A DNA stretch of 64,000 bases from Balanoglossus misakiensis (taxonomy: Eukaryota; Animalia; Hemichordata), in assembly GCA_040954595.2 (NCBI GenBank), contig CM082592.2, positions 9,783,677 to 9,847,676 of the forward strand. The letters are read 5' to 3'. Under the pieces are notes generated by a model. That model was not told where the DNA came from and searched no databases. It worked only from the letters and a program-made list of their open reading frames with translations. Position 1 is the stretch's first letter, and the number at the start of each line of letters is the position of its first letter. Below are positions 13,836 to 27,849 of the stretch, piece by piece. Both the position numbers and the translations under genes were made by a program.

Positions 13836-14925
13836 GACACACACCTGTATCGAAACCACAGGAAGGCCTTCCTTCCTTAAAAAAATAAGCGACAAGTTGC
13901 AAACTGAGCCGGAGTTCTCACGCAATGTCGGATTAATCAGCTATTTGTCCGCAATCTCTTCTTGATGAAAGATGAATGATGCCTGTTTGGAATGCACTGA
14001 TTGCGTTCTTTAAATACACACTTCTGAAGTACAGCGGCGAAATCGGGAACAAAAGCGACATTCAAAGCTTCGCACTGTCCCTGGAAAATCTACCAAATCT
14101 GTGAAATGAAATGGATTAAATTTCAATTTTTAGTTATTGCAATTCTCTCGAGCGCATTTCCCCAGAAATACTATTCTCCTCTTTGGTATTGAATCCAAAC
14201 ATTAGAGTATTGTATATTAATTAAATCATTCGTATGGCATTGGCAGCATCGCTGCGAAGTTTATAGAAAACATTCAAAAACTGTAATGTTAAATAAATAT
14301 GGCCTCGGGGAACTGGACTGTTTCAGGTTTTGGTTTCCATGGAGATTCAAAAGTCTACTTAAATGAAATTTTGTCAATCACGCACGGTTGTTCAATTTCA
14401 GCGTAGTTGTTGCTACTGACGTCAGTCATAGCAACGTGGAATTTTCCTTGGCAAACTAAATTACCCCGAAACACAGTTTATTTCGCACCAATTTGGACCA
14501 ATTTGCCAAAACGGGAACCGCAATTATTTTCCACGGAATGCCTGAAAATAGCAGGAAGGGCTTTCTGGCTGCAGTGGAGCATAATCAGAGTTGTTTCCTG
14601 TTTCGGATACGCTGAAAATGTCATCTCTATTTTTCTATTTCTTTCATATGGAATATTCTTGCCAATAATTTTCTCCGCCAGTTTAATTCCACGTCTGTCA
14701 TTTCTAGTAGATTCAAGTCAATCATCTCTGATGTAGACATATGCATGCCCCATTTCTGGGTCAAATTGTAAATAGCGTTTTGCGCACGCGTAACCTTTGC
14801 CCGTCAGGTTAAAAACCCTTCAATACAGTTAGCGGCACCATCATCATATTGCTAGATTGGGATCTTGATAGTCTGGTGCATGGTGGTGATGTACCGAAAC
14901 ATTTTTTTTAGATCAACCACAGGAG

Positions 14926-16810
14926 ATGTCTGGAAAGCTATCCGACGTTGAATCCCTCCTGAAGAGAGGGCTGGGCTGTAGCACGGTGAAGCATTTCGGT
15001 TCTGGAGGCGGTGGGTGTGTCAGCTGGGGAGAACCCTATGAAACGGACAATTACGGGAAAGTCTTCGCCAAGATGAATTCAAGAAGTGTTGTGAGTGGAT
15101 CCCGTGATTTTGTTTCCAACCCCACTGAGCTCCCCGTGTGCAGAGCATGCGCACAACATACAGGCAGTACCACCTTCAAATGTGGTTACGCAATATTCAA
15201 ACTTTCCATGTTTTCCACTTGACTCTTGGGGGTCCTGGTTCCAGCGATACAGTGTATATAGCAATGCGAGTCCTCTAAAAATGTCCTAATCTTACTTTAT
15301 GTCGTTTACACCAAAGGCCCGGGGTATGTTTGACGGCGAAATGACAGGCCTGCAAGCTATACTTGCAACGAATACAGTCAAAGTGCCAAAGCCGTATAAA
15401 GTCCTTGATCATGACGATGGTGGCGCTGTCCTGGTCGCCGAATACATACACATGCAACCGGGACGTCTTAGTTGCCATGGTGCAAAACTTGGTGAATTGG
15501 TGGCCAAGTGAGTATTTTTGATATAAGTGCTATCAATGAATATCAAGTTTAGACTCCATATGAAATTTGAAAGTGCAGAATGCTGAAATGTAAGGTTCAT
15601 GTATATGAAGTTTTCCAGGAAAAAAAACTAGACTTTTATCTCCGCTATATATACTAGTATGAATTTCGTCAATGTTACCGTTATTAGATTATTTAAGTCA
15701 GTATTTGGTAAAACAAACGTACATTGCAGAATGCATCTACACAATGAGGAGTTGCGAAGAAAGCAGCAAAAACAGACAAACCGAGTCGGCAGTGATGAGA
15801 CATCGTACGTTAGTAAATTTGGTTTTCATACAGAGACGTATATGGGTTATATACCACAGCCGGTCACGTGGGAAGACGATTGGGTGGTAGGTTAAAAGTA
15901 GTAAGCTGTCCGAGATATTTCTGGTGCAAATAAAATGAATTACATTGATGAACAATGATGTGATTTTTTCAACATTTTATACCCCGTATTTAGACTTGAC
16001 AAACGTACGCTTTTTGTTTTGTCTTATTTTAGAACTTCTTTGCTCGACACAGGTTGAAACTGATGTTTGATCTCTTTGAGAAGGAGATCGGAGACAGAGA
16101 AGTGATGGACTTGTGGTCCGAGCTCCAGCTAAAGGTGCCAGAATTTTTCATCGGTCTTGATGTCAAACCAGCCTTACTCCACGGCGACTTGTGTCGCGGC
16201 AATGTCCGTGAAACAGAACACGAACCAGGTAGGATTGTGGTGTGTGCACTAAAACGTTTGGTCAACGAATAATACATGTATTAGCAAATATGAATGAGAT
16301 GTGCAACATCGATCCATTTTTATTTTAAATGTGGCATTTTCAGCATTTAAGACCCGTGCCTGTTCATTACGTCTTTCTTTGTTTTGCAGTAAGTTTCGAC
16401 CCAGTCTGTTATTACGGTCACCACGAGTACGATCTAGCAACTGCCGACACGTTTGGAGGCGTTGGGAGTGATTTCCATGCAGGATATCACAATTGTATAC
16501 CGAAAGCACCTGGTTTTGAGAAGAGGTGCGGGCTGTATAAGGTCTTCTACTACGTCATGTCATGGTAAATATTATTTCATGTTTTCATATTATTGTGTTA
16601 AGAACCCACCCTCCATAACCAAGCGTGTCACTTACCGTAAATTCAGCATGGTCATTCAGTAACACAGAACTGCCAAATAGACTGGTTGCAATTTTCCATC
16701 TCTTTGTCAACTGACGTGAAGTGTCCAACTTTATTCTTGTTTCCAGGTATCATGGCATGGATGAATGTCGCGAAGATGCACTGGCCAATATGAGAGCACT
16801 GTTGACGTGA
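14926..16810 (+). CDS. Fructosamine-3-kinase / ketosamine-3-kinase family protein (6 exons, divergent)
   Basis: Exons at ~14926-15090, 15317-15507, 15730-15886, 16033-16228, 16390-16564 and 16748-16810, all GT-AG. Motifs: [77 protein letters not shown]. Confidence 0.9.
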
Positions 16811-17597
16811 AAATGTCACTTTTTAATGACTTCGCAAAAGGTCATTTAAAAGGGCATTTCAAATCACCGAATGACACAGACAGAAAACAGCAAGCATAGT
16901 TGATGTTTATGTTTTATTGTAACATACAACGTACTATTAAACGAAGTCCACAATATACAAATGCCATAGTCACTTTTTTTACAATACTAGTGAAGTTGTC
17001 TTATTGCAAAAAAGACTCCTGGCTATTAAATTCAAGCACCAACTTTGCTAGGGAAACTAGTGGGCATTGGATTTTCCAGACCCTGTGTAACTTCGTGCAC
17101 GACTACGTTATATCCCATGATTCAGTTCATGTCTTGATAATCACACACCCGGATCGCAAGGCAATCAAAATTCTAAACTTGTATACTGAAAACAAAAATG
17201 ATGAAGAAACGTTCACTTCATCTTTCCAAACAACTTTGGATTTTCAAAAACTTTAGATTTGACATATGACACATCTCCTGCCCATGACAATACATGCTCT
17301 TTGCACAGAAAAAAAACAACATTTCCTTATAAATAGGATATATATGTTCTTGGGTGGCATAACTAGCTACACACAATCTACATGGTACAAAACTGCACAA
17401 AAAAGAAAATAGAAATTAGGGGAAACTAAGCGCAGACGTTACTTTTATACAGTCCAGGTTAATATGTTTAACTATCTACCTATCTATCTACACTGCATCC
17501 CTTTTACGGAAGTCAAGGGTCTTTTTCCCATTGTTCTTCTTTGTTTCTACATATGCACAAATTTGACTGTTTCTTGCATCACCTTCTCCGAAAGTTC

Positions 17598-20500
17598 TTA
17601 GCTGTGGAGGATGGCATCGAATGACTGATGTACTCCTCCGGCAACATCCAACGCTCGCGATTTCAACGACAACTGGAATGCAAGAGAAGAAGAGGTCTGG
17701 ATTAACTTCTGAGGTCAAATATGCTTTTCTTTGAGGAGTGAAAACACATTATTTTGGTCATTTCCTGAGAAAAGCACATGCTTACCGTAATAGTAGGATT
17801 TCCAGGTTGAATTTTTAATTCTGCCAGCACCCAAATGCCATTGGTTAATTTTATTGACAGATACAACATATCCTGACCTTCTACGGTTCGTCTGGCTATC
17901 GTGAAAATGTTGTTGTACGTTAATTTTTGACTAATTGAATCTGAGGAAACAGAAGAAAAAAATATACGCATTAAGTTATAATCTTACTGCTACAAACCAT
18001 ATCAGCCCATTCTATCTATTTTCACAATTCAAGTACATTCGCTTCACTTTCTGTTTCTCTTACCTGTATCATAAGTAACATTTGGAATTTGGAAATTGAC
18101 TTCATTCTGGGTTGGGATATCTCTCCAGGTGGCCAGGAAAACTTTTTTGTCTGTATGGAAATACAGGATAGCTTAGATAGTCATGTGGTAAAACTGAAGT
18201 TTACAAACACAAAATCAAGGTACAAAAACAAAATGGTTTATTTTCTTTCTTTTGATGACAGACCCTAAATACGAAATGAACATTAATGGAAAACCACTCA
18301 CCCATCCTGCCATCTTCAGTGAAGAAAACGTGCATGGGAATAAGGGTACTGAAATAAAATATATCAATGTTGTTTTTGATTGCTACTTGGAGGTTTGTCA
18401 GAGGGTCCATACGTTGCACCGGACCCACGGTGTTCATGGGTAACGATGTGTCGTTCATTTGATTGGGGTTCAGCGGTGACACCACCTGGAGTTGTGCTGC
18501 CGGAATCACACCAAAACTGGAAAAGAAAGAAAAGGACATACTGTTTAGTCCAGTGTAAAAAAAAAACAAGTCTGAGAACAGTTGTTGATGTAGTACTCGC
18601 CACTATGCAAACAGAAACTTTTTTTTCACTCTTCCACCAACTGTGATATTAAGAACAATAGGGTGGATCTAACTCACCTATTTTTATTAAGCTGGATAGC
18701 AAAACCTGCCATTTGCTGCAAGGCCCTATTTGTAAATGTCATGTCCATGAAGATTTGACCCTGGCGACGGGTGAACGTACCAGTAATCTCTAAACCTTTC
18801 CCTTTGGTAGCTGCCACCCATATCTGCGAGGAAATGGAAACGTTTGTTACATTTTGCATTAAATCACTCTACAACACACTGAGCAACACAGTAATGCAAA
18901 GATATTTATCACTTGGAAATCCTAAGCACGACCACTCACCTGTTTTGGCGAGACATAACATCCACCTCCCAAGCCCGGTCCAGACACCAGGTCAAATATG
19001 TCCGTGAGCCCCTCTAGAGTACTGCCACCTCCTCCCACTGCGGGAGGGGGTGTTGGGGATGCACCAGGCACAGGCACAGGTCCGCCCAACTGAAAAACAG
19101 AAACGCGCCATACGGAAATGTCAACTGCAGCTTCACTTGCAAATCAGAAGGGTGCACTGACAGAAAAATCTGTGAACCAAGTTGACTCCATCGGCCAAGT
19201 CATCACTGTGGGATCTCTGCTCATTGGGGGGAAGGGGTGGTGGTGTGTGTGAGTGTGTGTGACAACAAGACTAGACTTACCAAACTGTCCAGCCCACCTC
19301 CCAGCAGATCAATGGAACCCGTGTCTTCAATCTGTGTTGTCGGAGGACCCGGCTGTGCAGGTGGTCCCAAGTCCATGCTCAACAGATCTCCAATGAGATC
19401 TCCCTGGGACTGTATGACAATTGGCTGAGCAGCCGCTGGTGGTGGCGCTGCTTCTGTTGTTGGAGCCGGGGCAGCCTCAACGCTTTCCGTTCCACCCCTG
19501 TGAATTGGCACAAAAGTGACATTTTTTTTAAATCTCTGCACCTATTCTAATTTCACACAAAGCTTGACTTGCAATACTTGGCTGGGTAGTTTGCATGCTG
19601 CTTGGATATTATTTTAACACAGCACTAAGAACCTGGATGTTTTATACATCAGGGTTAAAAACAGAACAAGACTTACGTCTGTGTTCGAACAGGAAGAGAA
19701 ACCTTCTTCAGACCGGTGCGTCCTTCTACGAATGCATTTGGAGGTTTGTGATACACCGAGGCAAGACTAGCTATATGGCAGATGAGCTCATCTAGTAGTG
19801 TTGGTTCAATCAGATCAGTCTCTTCCGAGATGAGAGGTTTCTCGGCCAACACAACTTCCTTTGCTGCTGCCGGATCAGTGGACAGCAACCTCCAGTATAT
19901 GTACCCTCTGTCGCGGAGGTCGGGATTGTCACTATCCTGTTGTAGTTACAGGGGATACAGACAGGACGTTATTCCAATGGATGGCGACAATGCATGATGT
20001 AACACAGAAAACTGCTGGAAACATTGCTACATGTCCCTTAACAAACATGGCATTGCATACAATATGAAAGTCTGAATTACCTGAGTGGCAAGGCTTAGAA
20101 CCTGTTGTACTAGTTCTTGTGTGTCTGTCGGTCTTTTCAGGAACAACTTGACGATGGCCGTCAACAGCTGTAATTGCACTTGTGTATTCTCGTCATGGAA
20201 ACCTTCCAGGAAACTCTCCAGAAGTTCATCAGCGTTGTCTATTCTCTCCGCGTATTCACCAATGATCCAGACCATGGAAGCTCTGTCAAGGAACAATGGA
20301 ACCATATCAGATCACATCCAAGGACTCATTTATTACTGTAAAATTTGTATTACTATCAGAAGCAACATAGCATTTTTGGATGCCCCTGTCAATTCCTTGC
20401 GTTTCTGTCTACAAAATGTAACACATCAAGTTCTACTGTCCCTCCACTCACCTGGCTTCTGGTTCATCCAGAGTGTCTAGATTTTCACACAATGTCGCGA

Positions 20501-22955
20501 TGATGCTCTCGTATTTATTTGGGTATTTACGGAAGATGTCTTTGATGACCACGATGGCTTCCTGCACAACGTAGTTGACCTTGGTCTGAATGAGGTCAAG
20601 CAGGGTGCTAACACACCTCTCAGCGGATTGCTGTGAACATCAAACAAATGTACATTTAAAATTTACTGAAACAAATTTTGAGGGAAAAACCTACCATACC
20701 AATGGCAACATATGTACAGAGGAACTCAGACTTTCAAAGAAAGAGAGTATGCATAAATACTTTACACATTCACCAATCCATGGCTACGACACAGAAAGTA
20801 GGTAATTTACCTCCACTTTGATTGCACATCTGCCGATAGCTCTGACAGACTTTCTGACAAAATCCACATCGACCTCTGTAGCGTATTCCTTCAGCTCTGC
20901 CAGCACCTGTGCGATGTTTCCCTGCGTGGCCAGGCGTATCATGATGTCCAGTTTCTCAAGTTTTACGTAGATGGGGTCATTGTACTTGACAAAGAACACC
21001 TTCATTTCATGTTTCAGGATGTCTGGTCTGCAAGAATTCATTAACAAAACATAGTCAGTCATATGACCGGTTCAGACAAGCGCTTTGACCAGTGACTGGC
21101 CATTATCTACATCACTTGGATCCAGACCATGCAAATATCCCCTTTCACCACCATCACTTGGTATAATCCTATTATTTCAAACGTCTGGTTGGACCTATAT
21201 ACAGCAAAATGGGGTAAGGGGATGAACATTCTGAAAGGATTAACTTCTCACCTCTTTTGAACAATCAAATTGATGTTTCTCAGCGCTACGTATTGAATCT
21301 CGGGTTCAGCTGACAGCATAGTTACAAGCGGAGGAGACAGCTTCTTGATGAGTGAGGAGACGTAGGCTGCTGCGGGCTCCAACATTTCCATGAATTTCAT
21401 CAAAACCTGTCAGACAAAGGAAAATTGAATTCTTAATTAATTACCAGTATTTTGTAATTTTGAATTCATGTAACGAACATTACAAGCCAGCAGCCTCAAA
21501 CAGGGATGAATGCCCCAATAGATCAGATCTTACCTTGACAGCAGAGAGTACTACAGCAGCGTTGGCGTGTGCAAGACGAGGTGTAACTCTCTCACAGATA
21601 TTCTGAGCTTCCCTTTCTTCTTTTGGAGTGAAGTTTGCCAGGGAATCCAGGATAAATATTTGGCCCCATCTACAGCAGCACACAGAGAGAAAAAAAGTCA
21701 GACCGAAGGAAATGAAATGGCGTGCTATCTAACAACCAGAAGTACTGTAATGTTTTCTTGACGAGTCAACAAGCGTGCGAGTAAATTTAATTCTGGAAAG
21801 CATGGTTTACTCACTCGGTACATTCGTTGAGGGCAGTCAGCAGTTTGTTTACTGTCTGTGAGTTCATGTCTATGAGAGCTGCAGCTGTTGGAGATGATTC
21901 ATTAATTTCTGCAAGTGCTGCTACTGCATTAGCTACCACCTGCAAAAAAATGACAGGAATAATCATCAGTGCCTTATAACGAAATTATGCTCAATATCAC
22001 TGTTGTCAAAGGAGGATATCATTCAGATGAGAATAGCTAACTGCATCTATCATATTTGAAAGGAATTGTATACATAAAATTTTAACTAGGGGAGGGGGAT
22101 AGTGAAATTGTGCGGGTATCCCTATGTTCTTACCATAGGATTGGAATCTGACAGCAGATCGCGGAGATGGTCCAGGAAGCCTTGGTCTTCAACCAGCATT
22201 GAATTGATGTCATGAAGCTTGGCAACACACACGGCTGCAGTCTTGCGGACGTAAGGGTCCTCATCCTTCAAGCATTTCCTCAACGGTTCACACAGGTACT
22301 CTGTGATCTTGTCCACCCTGATGCAGCCCATGGTTCTGACGGCCAACGCCCTGATCAGTGGGTTGGGATCTTCACAATCCTACAGACGGAATATTACAGT
22401 GCAGTTTGTATTACATCGTACACAAAAATTGGTTTAGGTGTACATGTAGTTGAATTGACAGGGAATTCCCAACTATGGTGCCCCTAACATAAGTATGGTG
22501 ACTGTAAAAAAAATACACTACTTACCCTAACGAAAGTATTGACAGCCATGATAGCCATGTCGGGCTGACTTTTTGCGTAGTTCATCAGATATAAGTAGAC
22601 CAACTTCTTCAGTTCTAAGTTATCTGTCTGCATGCAGTTGACAACATCAGGAAACAGGGCACTGAAGATTGGAAATAGAGTCATGGTTAATTCAGTTTTT
22701 TAATCCACTGTCATTTTCGTTGTCGTTGTCATCGTCATCATCGTCATCATCATCATCATCATCGTCATCGTCATCGTCATCAAAACAGTCTTGACTGTAA
22801 TCTAAAACCTACCTCACATCTTTACCAACAGTCATACTGGCAATTACTTTCTTGACAGCTTCCTTCTTTCTGTCTTTCTTGTCACTGTTCAGCTCCGCTT
22901 TCAACTCAAAGATTTCACCCTTTTTGGTGGTGGTGAAGTACTTGGAGTCTGTCAT
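17598..22955 (-). CDS. AP1B1: AP-1/AP-2 complex subunit beta (beta-adaptin), multi-exon
   Basis: Starts [19 protein letters not shown] and contains [70 protein letters not shown], a hinge with DLLSMD/DLLGGG and appendage exons. Ends ...DAILHS* at 17598. AP1B1 and AP2B1 cannot be separated; invertebrates usually have one shared gene. Confidence 0.96.
22720..22782. repeat. (TCA/TCG)n microsatellite in a beta-adaptin intron
   Basis: gtcatcgtcatcatcgtcatcatcatcatc... run. Confidence 0.85.
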
Positions 22956-23454
22956 CTTGGCAGTTTCTGATGATCCAACTCAATAAGTACTGTCCAGCAA
23001 ATGATAGGGGGCATACAAACGTAAAGGTGTTAATTACAGAAGTAATACGAACTGCAATATCGTGACACAGAAAGTGCAAGAATACACTCGCATCACCCCA
23101 GAGCCGGTCTCATACCGGAAGTATAATGAATAAAAATCTGAAAATTGTCTGATGCTTGTAGCCTACTGATTTTTTACAGGATCACGTCATACAGTGATAA
23201 ATATTATGCTTGTTATAAGATTCACTCTGCGATCTTAATTATGTAACCAATGTGACGCTAAGATATTTTGGTGATCACTTTCTTGTTATTTTACGTGGCC
23301 GGAGGGGCGGTTCCTGCGTTATACATTGATTGAATGGACGTTTTCCAACCATCGGTTATTGCCATCTTTATAACGTAACACTTACACGAACAAAAATATT
23401 AGAACAATCAAAGTAAACAAAATTATCGGAATGATTTCTGCAAAAGTCAAAACT

Positions 23455-23804
23455 TACCTACCTTCGAGTTAAAAGGTGGATGATAAGGGATAAAGTCGAA
23501 AGGTGCCCAGTAATAAAACACCGTAAGATGGCGGTGTCTTCCTGCTTCCCACAATGCTACGCTGTGTAAAACCAGGTTGACCTTTGAACTCAAGCAGTTC
23601 AAGGTTCACACATGTTTTAAGCATGTAACTGTGTTTCTCTGCTTTTTGTCGATAATCTATGTTAAAAAAGGGGTTTATAACTGTAAAAACCTCTTTATTT
23701 TGATCAAGTAGAAGGGGCAAGTGACCTGATTCAAGAAATCCACCAGCTAGAGTCATAGCACTCTCATAAACAACAGAGGCAGTGAGGCATATATATAATA
23801 CAGA
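23455..23804. promoter_or_regulatory. Divergent promoter region between beta-adaptin and PEX12
   Basis: Head-to-head genes. A minus-strand GTAAGT donor near 23455 marks a non-coding first exon. YY1-type motif AAGATGGCGG at 23525-23534. Confidence 0.5.
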
Positions 23805-25992
23805 ATGGCAGAGTTTGGTGCACACTTAACATCAGCAACTGTGGAGGAAGAGAGACCAACATACTTTGAAGTGCTGGCACAAGAAGGACTAATGTCTGCT
23901 ATCAGACCGGCTATGAACTATACATCCAGAGTAAGATCGCGTAAAAAATAGCTCTCATTATAATAAATATTTCATTTCTGAAACACACCATGTTTATAGA
24001 GTTATAATAATACACAACATACTCAATGTTTTGTTTGATACCAGGTTTTAGCTGAACAGAATCCATCTAGGTATGGTTGGTTGTCATGGTACAGCAATGA
24101 AATATATCTGGCAATAGATCTGGTTTTACAACAACACTTTCTCACAGCGACAAGTGAGTATATTAAAGTTGCTGCTACATCACGAGTGTGCTTGTTTGCC
24201 CAATCATGTGTAAAATGAAACTTTTAAACATCAGGAATCAAGGTTTAATCACTACTCCATTGACTTTTCTCATATATTTTAGGGGCCTCATTTTCTGAAA
24301 ACTTCTATGGACTGAAACGTGTACCACATGTTTGTAGCAACACGCCAACTGCCAACAAACATTCTGGCTTACCAAGAAAGGAACATCTTAAATCTCTCAT
24401 CTTACTGGTAAGCTGATTTCTTGCACTGAAGAGAAAAGATGATGACAACAATGACGAGATGATGATGTCACTTTCCACAGGGCACCATGGGAAATCTGGA
24501 TCATAACTGACCTCTCACCTTTTTTTCAGGTCGTCGTTCCATATGTGAAAATCAAGCTGGACGCTTTGTTTGAGAGATGGAAACAAGAATGGGTGGATAG
24601 TGTGGGAATTTCCCAGTCAGACAGGAACACACTGAAAAAAATCAGCCAAGTTTATTTGACTCTTTATCCGTACTTGCACATGGGATGGGAGGTAAAGAAT
24701 GATTATCTCCCCTGTATCCTCAAGACTGCTGGATGTCTTTGTTTTGCCCACTCAAGCAACAACAAAAATTATGGAGCTATTTCCATGTCCTACCTCAATC
24801 ATCAGCCTTGTTTTCATTTTTATCTACAGGGAGCTCATTTGTCATACCAATTATCGTATCTGTTCAACAAATCAAGATTCCATTCACCGTTAATTCAATT
24901 AGCAGGTAATGTCATCAACCCTGAAGTTTTATATGGCCATAGGGGTCACCATGGACTCTTTGTGTAGTATTTCAAAATCCACAAGTCTCAACACAGATTA
25001 GTGTCATGTTTTATTTTATTCTGACAGGAGTAAAACTTCAGCACCTTACAAGAGACGACATGCTGGACCAGATGAAACCACTTCAAAGTCCTTTCACTCA
25101 GCAATCCAGGTTGGTTCCATTTTTCACTAAAGCTATGTTCCTATCACAACATAACACAACATAGTACATGTATATAAGCAAGATTCCATTCTGTTGCAGT
25201 TTCAGAGAGAAAGGGAAGGTTTTTGCCAAGTGGTTACTGGGAGCAGCGGCAATTGGTGTTTCCAACGGTCTCTCTGTAGCCGTCTTCTTTCTGCAGTTCA
25301 TAGAATGGTGGTATGCAAATGAAAGTTACAGAAGTACTGCATCGTTGACGGCATTACCAGTGCCAGATCCTCCAAAGGTAAAGTGCAGACTGTAATCATG
25401 TATCTTGGTGGTAGTCTGCCCCACTGACCATGTAACAGTGCCCTCAGTGACATTAAAACTAAAGAGAGAGAACATAGATGGACTTACGCCATCTTTGAAA
25501 AGCGTGTACTCAGAACCACACATTTTCTCACTTTGCCTGATAGTGATTTCTCATTTATTTTTCAGAAATCCAAAGCAGAATCATTACCAGCTGATGCATC
25601 AGTATGTCCACTTTGTTTTAGAAAAAGAACAAATGACACTGCCCTATCAACATCAGGGTGAGTTATGATTATTTTACTGTCATTAAAGTGAATGAATTTC
25701 TTCGCCAGGCTCTTCCATCTATCTGCTGTACTCCCAATGATTCTTACAGTCAATTGTACTCCCAGTGATCATACCTATATTTATGTCAGCCCAGTTGGAG
25801 ATAAAAAGGCTTGTGTGGAACAAACAGTGTCATGATTATCTTCCTGATGACTCTTACTTTTGTTTTCATCACAGGTATGTTTTCTGCTATCCATGTATCT
25901 ACACGTACGTCAAGTCGCACAAATGCTGTCCGATCACTCAGTATCCGTCAGAACCAGAACAGCTAGTCAAACTCTATCCACCTACTTCATAG
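23805..25992 (+). CDS. PEX12: Peroxisome assembly protein 12 (RING peroxin), multi-exon
   Basis: MAEFGAHLT...[53 protein letters not shown], and C-terminal RING CPLC...[10 protein letters not shown]...CCPIT. Confidence 0.96.
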
Positions 25993-26295
25993 TGGTTTTC
26001 ATGTGAATTTGCCAGTGAATTTGGTATTCAGCTATAATCTACTGACTTGGCTGGTCCTTGCATCATTGAGAAGACCAGTCTTATTGTTTTGTAAGATTTA
26101 AAAAAAATTCCTGCAGTGTATACTTAAGCAAGATGTACAATTGTTACGCAAACATTAAAAGTAAACTTTTCAGTTATTATGCATACACCTGTGTATTTAA
26201 ATGTATATACAAAAAGATGATGGTGCAATAATGAAATAAATGAAATACCAGTAATGGCAGTTCTGAAAAGGGGTAAATTCTTTCTCCTAATTAAA

Positions 26296-27849
26296 TTAGC
26301 TAATGAGAAAAGCTCCTATGCTAATGGTGAACTGTGTTTGGGGATCAATATTTCCGATTTCTATTGCCACTGCTTGTGTTGAAGGCAAAGTAACGGCACG
26401 GTGGTCATTCCTTAAGCTCTTGATGCCTCCATATGGGTACTGCTCATGTCTTGGCGGAGGCTCAGACTGGAGTATAGGTCTGGGGCTAAAGAACTGGGAC
26501 CCATCCCAATCTTCATCACACTGGGCCATCATCATGGCGGCACGAGCATGGAGCGGCACTCGCATGTGTCTCAGTGCTTCATGGCCCATGTACTCACCAG
26601 TGTGCCAAAGCTGTTGCCTGGGCCCTCGCTGGACAACCCCTGTGCTCCTGTAGACACCTAGGTTGCTGCCATCCCTGGCATTGGTGAGCACATACACCTT
26701 GTACTTTTTCTCGACGTGGTCTTCGCTGGGAAAGACTCTCAGTAAGAGACCCGAGCCGGTGACTTGACAGACTCCCGTCCAGTGGCTGCCGCGGGATTTG
26801 GACGGGCCGGAGAATGCATCCGTTGGCACGAAACGGATCTCCCAGAGAATGTTATTTCGGTCGGGTCGTCTGCAAGCGCTAGCCAGCACCACCGATCGCT
26901 GCTGGTGGCAGAAGTGCGGCGAGCTGTAGCAGCGAGGCAAGTGCTCTTCCCCTTTGAACTCGTTCCTCATGGTCTGAACCAAGGCGTGAAAGCGGTACGC
27001 CTCTGCGATGAGTGGTTTCACCAGCTCCGGGAACCTCTTCGCCAGGTCCGTCTCCTCGATTGCGTACAGCTTGTGCGGATCAATCTGGGAGAAGCGAATC
27101 CACTTCATGAGCTGTTTGGTATTCTCCTCGAGTTCGTCCCGCCTATCAGGCACCAGCAGCCACTTCTGGACGAGAATGAAGAGCGCAAATTCGTCTTCCA
27201 CGACAACATCCGAACTCTGCAATATTTCGCTCATAAAGTCAACATCAAGAGCAAGCCACTCCTCTGTCAGAACGACACTGTCCAACTGAGACAGGATGAC
27301 CTCCAGACACTTCTCACTCAGACCTTTGAGGTCAAACTTCCGTGCGTACGACAGCCACCGCATGGCACCCTTGATGTTTCGCTTATCCACTTTGTTAGTC
27401 ATGTACTCTGAGCAGATCCTGCGAAGATCTTTGACGTTATATTTATCCGCTAAAAACAACAGTGGCATGACAGACTGAACGCTGAAAGTGGTCGATCCCC
27501 TGTACAGGAATGTCAGAAATTCAGAAAAACACTTGGCACAGTCATCAGACTCCTCAAGCTTGACTTCACCTTGCTGTGATTCCCCCCAATTTGAGCTAGT
27601 CAGCATGATTTTGAAGACATCACTTGACTTGCACAGCATAAACTTGTGGGCATAAAACCTCTGGTCGCCGACTACGAGTGTGATGTCGCTCAATTCAGAA
27701 TTGTTGTAAAACGAACCAATCTCTGCAGCAAACCCTTCAAGCGAGCCATGAACTTCAACATCTGTTTCTGGGGGGTCTGGCTTAACACAGGCACTGCAAT
27801 GATGTGCTGCAGCGCTGCTACTGCTGCAGTCTTCATCGGATGAGGACAT
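26296..27849 (-). CDS. BTB/POZ-BACK domain protein (BTBD17-like), single coding exon
   Basis: 517-aa ORF with SDITLVVGDQRFYAHKFMLCKSSDVF (BTB), LFLADKYNVKDL, BACK-like EEWLALD...EDEFALFILVQKWL...WIRFSQI, and a PRCY motif. Confidence 0.9.
   Translation of the reverse strand: MSSSDEDCSSSSAAAHHCSACVKPDPPETDVEVHGSLEGFAAEIGSFYNNSELSDITLVVGDQRFYAHKFMLCKSSDVFKIMLTSSNWGESQQGEVKLEESDDCAKCFSEFLTFLYRGSTTFSVQSVMPLLFLADKYNVKDLRRICSEYMTNKVDKRNIKGAMRWLSYARKFDLKGLSEKCLEVILSQLDSVVLTEEWLALDVDFMSEILQSSDVVVEDEFALFILVQKWLLVPDRRDELEENTKQLMKWIRFSQIDPHKLYAIEETDLAKRFPELVKPLIAEAYRFHALVQTMRNEFKGEEHLPRCYSSPHFCHQQRSVVLASACRRPDRNNILWEIRFVPTDAFSGPSKSRGSHWTGVCQVTGSGLLLRVFPSEDHVEKKYKVYVLTNARDGSNLGVYRSTGVVQRGPRQQLWHTGEYMGHEALRHMRVPLHARAAMMMAQCDEDWDGSQFFSPRPILQSEPPPRHEQYPYGGIKSLRNDHRAVTLPSTQAVAIEIGNIDPQTQFTISIGAFLIS

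Noticed and set aside
24459-24512. ATGATGA...CTGA in a PEX12 intron as a C/D snoRNA
   Set aside because: It is too short, has no recognisable guide, and the CTGAC sits at the expected branch-point position.
26303-27843. Plus-strand ORFs up to 215 aa over the BTB gene (similarly 37437-38285 and 54431-55030)
   Set aside because: These are antisense shadows of real coding exons.
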